DNA from: Armatimonadota bacterium
Lineage (GTDB): Bacteria > Armatimonadota > UBA5829 > DSUL01
Length of the DNA stretch: 64,000 nt
Direction of reading: 5' to 3'
Assembly: GCA_039811685.1 (NCBI GenBank)
Contig: JBDHZC010000002.1
Location: 224,001 to 288,000 of the forward strand
Position 1 is the stretch's first letter; each line of letters begins with the position of its first letter. The notes below the pieces were generated by a model. It was given only the letters and a program-made list of their open reading frames with translations. It was not told where the DNA came from and ran no database searches. Both the position numbers and the translations under genes were made by a program. Positions 59,129 to 64,000 of this stretch are shown piece after piece.

Positions 59129-62100
59129 CTACGGATTGAGAGCTACAATGTCGGCTGCGCTCTGCACACGCACCACCCGCTGAATCTCTCCCTGATCCAG
59201 AACACACGAGCTGATCCCCGTGACAACAACTGTGGAACCAACAACCGGCAGCGCTGCGGATTCAAGCAGAACCCTGACGCCTTTCTGGCCGGATATGTCC
59301 TGAACACTGGAGCCGTCGGACACATAGAAAACGCCCTGCCCCGCGGAGACGACACGGCCACACACCCGCACCAGCAGGCCGACGTTGTTGAGTCCAAAAC
59401 CACCCGATACACCGGACTGACCCGCGCCGGACACCGCAGAAAAGGCCAGGTCCGCTCCGCCAAGCGTCTCCAGACGCATCACGAGTGACCCTGCCGCCCC
59501 CTGTCCGCTAACTGTGACAGAAGAAGCGATGACCTGCTTTTCCTGGTCAGGCGTCGTCTGCACCGTACCGCTGACTGAAACAAGCGCTCCACGCGCCAGT
59601 CCCTGCGGCATTGAGGCGACTCGGAGTCCAGCGGCCCGGCTGGCGCTCTGGATGTAGAAATACTCGGGGAACACAGCGGTCACAACAGCGCTCGGGATAT
59701 TCACGGCAGTGCCGTTGCTGGACATTCGCGCCGACTCCACGGACACGGCAACCACTGCGACATATTCGTCACTGCCAATATCCACAGAACTCCCTTGAGG
59801 CCGCGCCTGGCCGTCAAGATCGGACGCGGGGATATCGGGCGCCTGTGGCCAGGCGGTGTCAATACACGGAGAACCGGGCGCCAGGTGGTAGTCTCGAACG
59901 GACGGATTGACGAATATGGGATTCAGTTGGATGTCGCCTGTTCCGGGAACCGCCATGTCCGTGTAGTTCACCCCACCCGGATTGTAAACGCAGTTGCTGC
60001 GCAAAACTGCCGTCGTCCCCGCGTTGCCGGAGACACCGGAGGAGTTCAGAGCGACGATATTGTTGGCGACGGCTCCACTCGCGGGCAGCACAAGCGCGGC
60101 TGCTCCTGCATTTTGCGCCAGTGTGTTGTTCACTATGTTTGCAGAGCCCCCGGCGCAGTACAGACCCCCGCCAGAGGTGGCGGCGGTGTTGTTAGCCACA
60201 AGGTTTCCCGCGATAATCAGACTTCCCTCCGCTGCGTAGATGCCTCCGCCCGACCCCTGCCCGGCCGTATTTGAGACAACAGTGTTTCGTTCCAGCCGCG
60301 CCGACGCTGGAGACTGCAGATAGATTCCTCCGCCAGACCGCGCGCCGTTGCCAGAAACGGTGTTTCCGGTGATTTCTCCCCGGAAGCTTACGCCAGCGAT
60401 GGCCCCGCCATTAGCCCCGGCTCCGTCTGAGCTGTTCCCGCTGAAAATGTTATCCACGATACGCGCCCCCGTGGACACACAGTAAACTCCCGCGCCGGAG
60501 CCTGTCGCCAGATTTCCCGAGATGTCGCAATTAGAGATAACAGGGTCTGTTTCAGAGGCGACAATGCCCCCGCCGTTACCGGACGCCCCGTTGTTCGTGA
60601 TCCGGCAGCCCGTAATAGCGGGGGTGGAGAAGGTCATGCCGATGCCGCCTGCTGCGCCGCCTGAATAGTTGGCGCTGAGGACGCTGTTCTGGATAACCGG
60701 CGAGGAGTAGTAGGCAAAGAGCCCGCCGCCAGTATAGCTGGCGGTGTTGGCTGTAATGTTGCAGCCATTGATGAGAGGCGAGGACATCAGACAATAAATC
60801 CCCCCTCCAAAGACCGCCATGCCGTTTTGGACTCGAAAACTATCGAGCGTACACGTTTCAAATCCCGGCGCGGAAAAGATGACGCCAGTCGCCAGGGAGT
60901 CTGCATCAATTACGGACGGGCTTGGAGAGCCTGCAGGACGCTCAGAAGGCGCAGTCTCACTACCGGCAAAGCCGCCAAACAGGTGAATGTAAGGTTGCTG
61001 GACAGTCAGATTTTCAATGTACTCCCCGGACGCCACCCAGATGTCACCGCCAGTGACAGCAATCTGCGCGAGCGCGGCTGTGATGGTCCGCTTAGGGTGC
61101 GCCCAGTCTACCCCGCTGTTCGAATCCGTTCCAAACGGGGCCACACGCACGACTGCGGGTGAGAAGGTTCGCACCACTCCGTCGGATTCATCAGCCCCGA
61201 TATCCACCGCACCGCCAATAACACGCTGCTGTCCGTCAATGTCTGTCCAACCAGGCTGGATGAAAACTCCGCTGCCTGCGTCTTTGCACGGAGAATCCGG
61301 CTGGATGTGTGCCTCTCCACGCGCAGGGCTCACCAGGCGGGGATCCGAAGCGATGTCGCTGGCTGCTGCGGCGAGGCCTGAATAGTCATAGCGAGCAGGG
61401 TTGTAAACACAGTTGTGGCTGAGTGTTGGAGTTCCCGGGCTGATTGTCCTGTAGATGCCGCTTGAGTTGAGCGCGATGATGTTGTTGGCCAGATTGATCT
61501 GCGACCGGTCCAGCGCAATGCCACCGCCTTCCACCCCCGTACCATTGGCAACCACCGTGTTGTTCACAATGCTGAGCGCCGCAGTGCAGTTGTCCACACT
61601 CAATCCACCGCCTGAGTTAGCCGCGCTGTTGGCGTCAATGACGTTATTAGCGACCAGTCCGCTGGCAGCGCTCAGCCAGACCCCGCCTCCGCGGCTTCCT
61701 GAAGAGTTGCCCCTGATGACATTGTTGGTGACCAGCATTGGTCCTGTGCAATAAATCCCTCCGCCACCGCCAAGCGCGGAGCTTGTGTTGCGCACTATCG
61801 TATTGCCGGTTACCTGGACCGTCGAGGTTGCGTTGATGCTGATGCCCGCGCCTGTGCCCGCGAAGTTGCCCGTTATGGTGTTATTGGCGATGACCGGTGT
61901 GGCTCCGGCACAGGCGATGCCGCCGCCCGATGTCGCATAGCCATTCGTGAGTGTGAATCCATCCAGCCTGGAAGACCCGGCAGAAGGTGGGATTGTCACC
62001 ACCGATCCCGAGGCCATGCCGTTGATGACGACAGGGTGGAGTTTGATGTTTCGCTGTAAGATGGCGGTCTCAGTGCCGGCGAAACCTCCGTAAATCCACA

Positions 62101-62329
62101 CGTTCCTGGGTACTGTGATGCGCTCGAAGTACTCTCCTTGCGCCACCCATATCTGCTCACCCTCCGGCGCAATGGCCAGAGCCGCCCCTATCGTGCGCCG
62201 GGCAGCTATCCAGGAAAGCCCGGACGCCGAATCATTACCCGTCTTTGACACGTAGATCGTGGCGTGGCAGGGTAGAATCAAGGTTGAGATGACGGCCACC
62301 GCCGGCAGAAGTCCTTTTCCCACGGTCAT
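59129..62329 (-). CDS. Large secreted right-handed beta-helix protein (two DUF1565/choice-of-anchor-Q-like modules) with a conserved C-terminal module
   Basis: Signal peptide; two G.D...G..W......I..AL...IWVA.GEY starts; many N.A..GGGI repeats; two SPC.D...D.DG..R.....DIG.DE ends. Confidence 0.8.
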   Translation of the reverse strand: MTVGKGLLPAVAVISTLILPCHATIYVSKTGNDSASGLSWIAARRTIGAALAIAPEGEQIWVAQGEYFERITVPRNVWIYGGFAGTETAILQRNIKLHPVVINGMASGSVVTIPPSAGSSRLDGFTLTNGYATSGGGIACAGATPVIANNTITGNFAGTGAGISINATSTVQVTGNTIVRNTSSALGGGGGIYCTGPMLVTNNVIRGNSSGSRGGGVWLSAASGLVANNVIDANSAANSGGGLSVDNCTAALSIVNNTVVANGTGVEGGGIALDRSQINLANNIIALNSSGIYRTISPGTPTLSHNCVYNPARYDYSGLAAAASDIASDPRLVSPARGEAHIQPDSPCKDAGSGVFIQPGWTDIDGQQRVIGGAVDIGADESDGVVRTFSPAVVRVAPFGTDSNSGVDWAHPKRTITAALAQIAVTGGDIWVASGEYIENLTVQQPYIHLFGGFAGSETAPSERPAGSPSPSVIDADSLATGVIFSAPGFETCTLDSFRVQNGMAVFGGGIYCLMSSPLINGCNITANTASYTGGGLFAYYSSPVIQNSVLSANYSGGAAGGIGMTFSTPAITGCRITNNGASGNGGGIVASETDPVISNCDISGNLATGSGAGVYCVSTGARIVDNIFSGNSSDGAGANGGAIAGVSFRGEITGNTVSGNGARSGGGIYLQSPASARLERNTVVSNTAGQGSGGGIYAAEGSLIIAGNLVANNTAATSGGGLYCAGGSANIVNNTLAQNAGAAALVLPASGAVANNIVALNSSGVSGNAGTTAVLRSNCVYNPGGVNYTDMAVPGTGDIQLNPIFVNPSVRDYHLAPGSPCIDTAWPQAPDIPASDLDGQARPQGSSVDIGSDEYVAVVAVSVESARMSSNGTAVNIPSAVVTAVFPEYFYIQSASRAAGLRVASMPQGLARGALVSVSGTVQTTPDQEKQVIASSVTVSGQGAAGSLVMRLETLGGADLAFSAVSGAGQSGVSGGFGLNNVGLLVRVCGRVVSAGQGVFYVSDGSSVQDISGQKGVRVLLESAALPVVGSTVVVTGISSCVLDQGEIQRVVRVQSAADIVALNP

Positions 62330-62540
62330 TCCCCTTTTGCGGATGAGAGACTGGAGAGGCCACACCAGCCAGAAACACCCGTTCACGCATGCTAAGACAT
62401 CCCTGCCCAAAAGTCCAGAGCAGGCGCGGCATTCAGAGGAGGCAGGCTGGCGGAGGGCATGAGTAGAAGAGGCAGGTGGGCCAGGGTTCTGTGTGAGAGG
62501 CTCCCGCGCCTGAGAGTGACATACGGAAGGCAGAGTTCAA

Positions 62541-63272
62541 ATGAAGTTGAGAGCCGTGTTGACCGCACTGAGCGTCCTGACAGCGTTAGTGATGACAGAC
62601 GTGTGGGCTGCGCCAGCGCCCGGACAGATTCCCGTTACCTGGAAAACGCTGAGTGCGCAAAAGAAAGGCCAGTGGACAGCAAAGATCGTCTATCCCAGAT
62701 TTGGTGGTGATAGTCCTCTGGCAATAACAGCTAACAAAACACTGGAAGAAGCGTCTCGAAAAGCGCTGGATGAGTTTCGAACAGAGGCGGAAGAGAACTT
62801 TGACTCCAGAACCGCAGTAGCGGCGTTTGAAACAGAAAGCCTCACTGTGCTCAGTGTGGCAACAGAGCAGATCATCAGTCTGTATATCCGGACCTATGAG
62901 TTTACGGGAGGCGCGCACCCGAACACCTTCTACCAGCCGATGACTTTTGGGTATGCAAACGGGAAAGCCAGCCGGTTGAAGTTGCAGGATCTGTTCAAGA
63001 AAGACGTCAACGCGCTGCAGATAGTTTCCGAGCTGGTCATTCCAAAGCTGCGCAGTCTCAACGCGTCTGCAGTCACCGATGGTGAGGTCACTGCGTTGAC
63101 GCCGCAAATGGCCGAGAGCTTTGTTGTCACTCCGAACGGACTGACGTTCCTGTTTGAGCCGTACGCGGTTGGCGCCTATGCCGAAGGCAGCTTTTTCGTG
63201 AAGATTCCCTTTGCGGACTTGCGAGCCAATCTGCTTCTCGGCGGCCCAGCGGATTTTCCATTGAAGGCGTAA
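62541..63272 (+). CDS. Secreted DUF3298/DUF4163 (RsiV/PdaC-like) protein
   Basis: Signal peptide; YP.F, YEFTGGAHPNT, L.DLF, F.PY.V..YAEG. Confidence 0.8.
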   Translation: MKLRAVLTALSVLTALVMTDVWAAPAPGQIPVTWKTLSAQKKGQWTAKIVYPRFGGDSPLAITANKTLEEASRKALDEFRTEAEENFDSRTAVAAFETESLTVLSVATEQIISLYIRTYEFTGGAHPNTFYQPMTFGYANGKASRLKLQDLFKKDVNALQIVSELVIPKLRSLNASAVTDGEVTALTPQMAESFVVTPNGLTFLFEPYAVGAYAEGSFFVKIPFADLRANLLLGGPADFPLKA

Positions 63273-63325
63273 AGGCTCCAAGCTTACTGGATGCAGGTCA
63301 ACAGCGCGCCTGCAGAGCCGGGGAC

Positions 63326-64000
63326 TCAGGAATGCAGGCGAAGTGCGGACACAGCAACATCCGGACGGTCTGTGGCGAAAGATTGCACCCCAAGCTCCAC
63401 AAGCAGACGATAGACACCGGGATCGTGCCCGAGCTCGCCCATGGGAAACGCCTGAAACAAGATGCCTCTTTCACGCAATTCGTCCCCTGTGAGGCGCAGA
63501 AAATCCGGCTGAGGAGAGAACGCAGATGAGGAGCTGTTTTCAGGCCGCCGCACGTGAATCTGAAGCTGGGAGATCCCGGCAAAGCTCTGGGCGCGCGACT
63601 CCCGCAGACGCTCAGACAGATACTCCTCGGAACCACCGAGCCACAGCAGAGTCTTTGCGCCGGGCGCAACCAGAGACCAATCTCGAATCACGGCGTAATC
63701 CGTCGAGGCGACGATGCACTGTCTGAGCGCGCCCTTCGCCTGGCAAAGCGCAGCAAGCTCAGGAAGCGGCGCATGCTTGATGTCCAGATAGATCAGCCGA
63801 CCAGAGGACGCGCGAACTTCCTCGAGGACACTGGCAATGGAGGGCGTCTTCTGGCCGCGAAAGGACTCCCCCAGATACAGCCCGACATCCATGCAGGCGA
63901 CTTCCGGCCACGAAAGAGCTTCGACTCCCAAAGGCCGCCACTCATCCGGAATGCCAGTTGGGATGCGCTGACAGTTGGAGTCGTGAAACGCGACAAGCAC
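63326..64000 (-). CDS. Glycerophosphodiester phosphodiesterase family protein, 5'-truncated by the window edge
   Basis: VAFHD, DVG, P....VL, YLDIK, LGV..FATDRP. Confidence 0.75.
   Translation of the reverse strand: MLVAFHDSNCQRIPTGIPDEWRPLGVEALSWPEVACMDVGLYLGESFRGQKTPSIASVLEEVRASSGRLIYLDIKHAPLPELAALCQAKGALRQCIVASTDYAVIRDWSLVAPGAKTLLWLGGSEEYLSERLRESRAQSFAGISQLQIHVRRPENSSSSAFSPQPDFLRLTGDELRERGILFQAFPMGELGHDPGVYRLLVELGVQSFATDRPDVAVSALRLHS

Overview
GC-rich bacterial chromosomal segment, probably Armatimonadota or a similar lineage. This is an inference from two DUF6785/DUF6784-type membrane proteins and a shared C-terminal module on secreted proteins. Core content: a partial divergent prs, an attEFGH-like ABC/lipocalin operon, cysK, a PyrR-attenuated pyrR-pyrB-pyrC-carA-carB-pyrK-pyrD-pyrF operon, lipB, dnaG-rpoD, glnE-nadE-nudix-yebC and eno-pyk-ftsB-like genes. 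There is also a nitrogen cluster (GlnR-like regulator-amtB-glnK-glnD-glnB-glnA) and a more variable region (about 38.8-48.7 kb and 56.5-64 kb) of secreted and membrane proteins. Best leads: (1) an actinobacterial-type atypical GlnR heading the nitrogen cluster, with a candidate operator shared by the amtB and glnA upstream regions; (2) a ~190-aa C-terminal module shared by two otherwise unrelated secreted proteins, a possible lineage-specific sorting or anchoring domain; (3) several structured intergenic RNA candidates; (4) an AT-richer methyltransferase-ric cassette. No CRISPR array, tRNA, rRNA or transposase was recognised. All family assignments come from motif recognition by eye, not from database searches.
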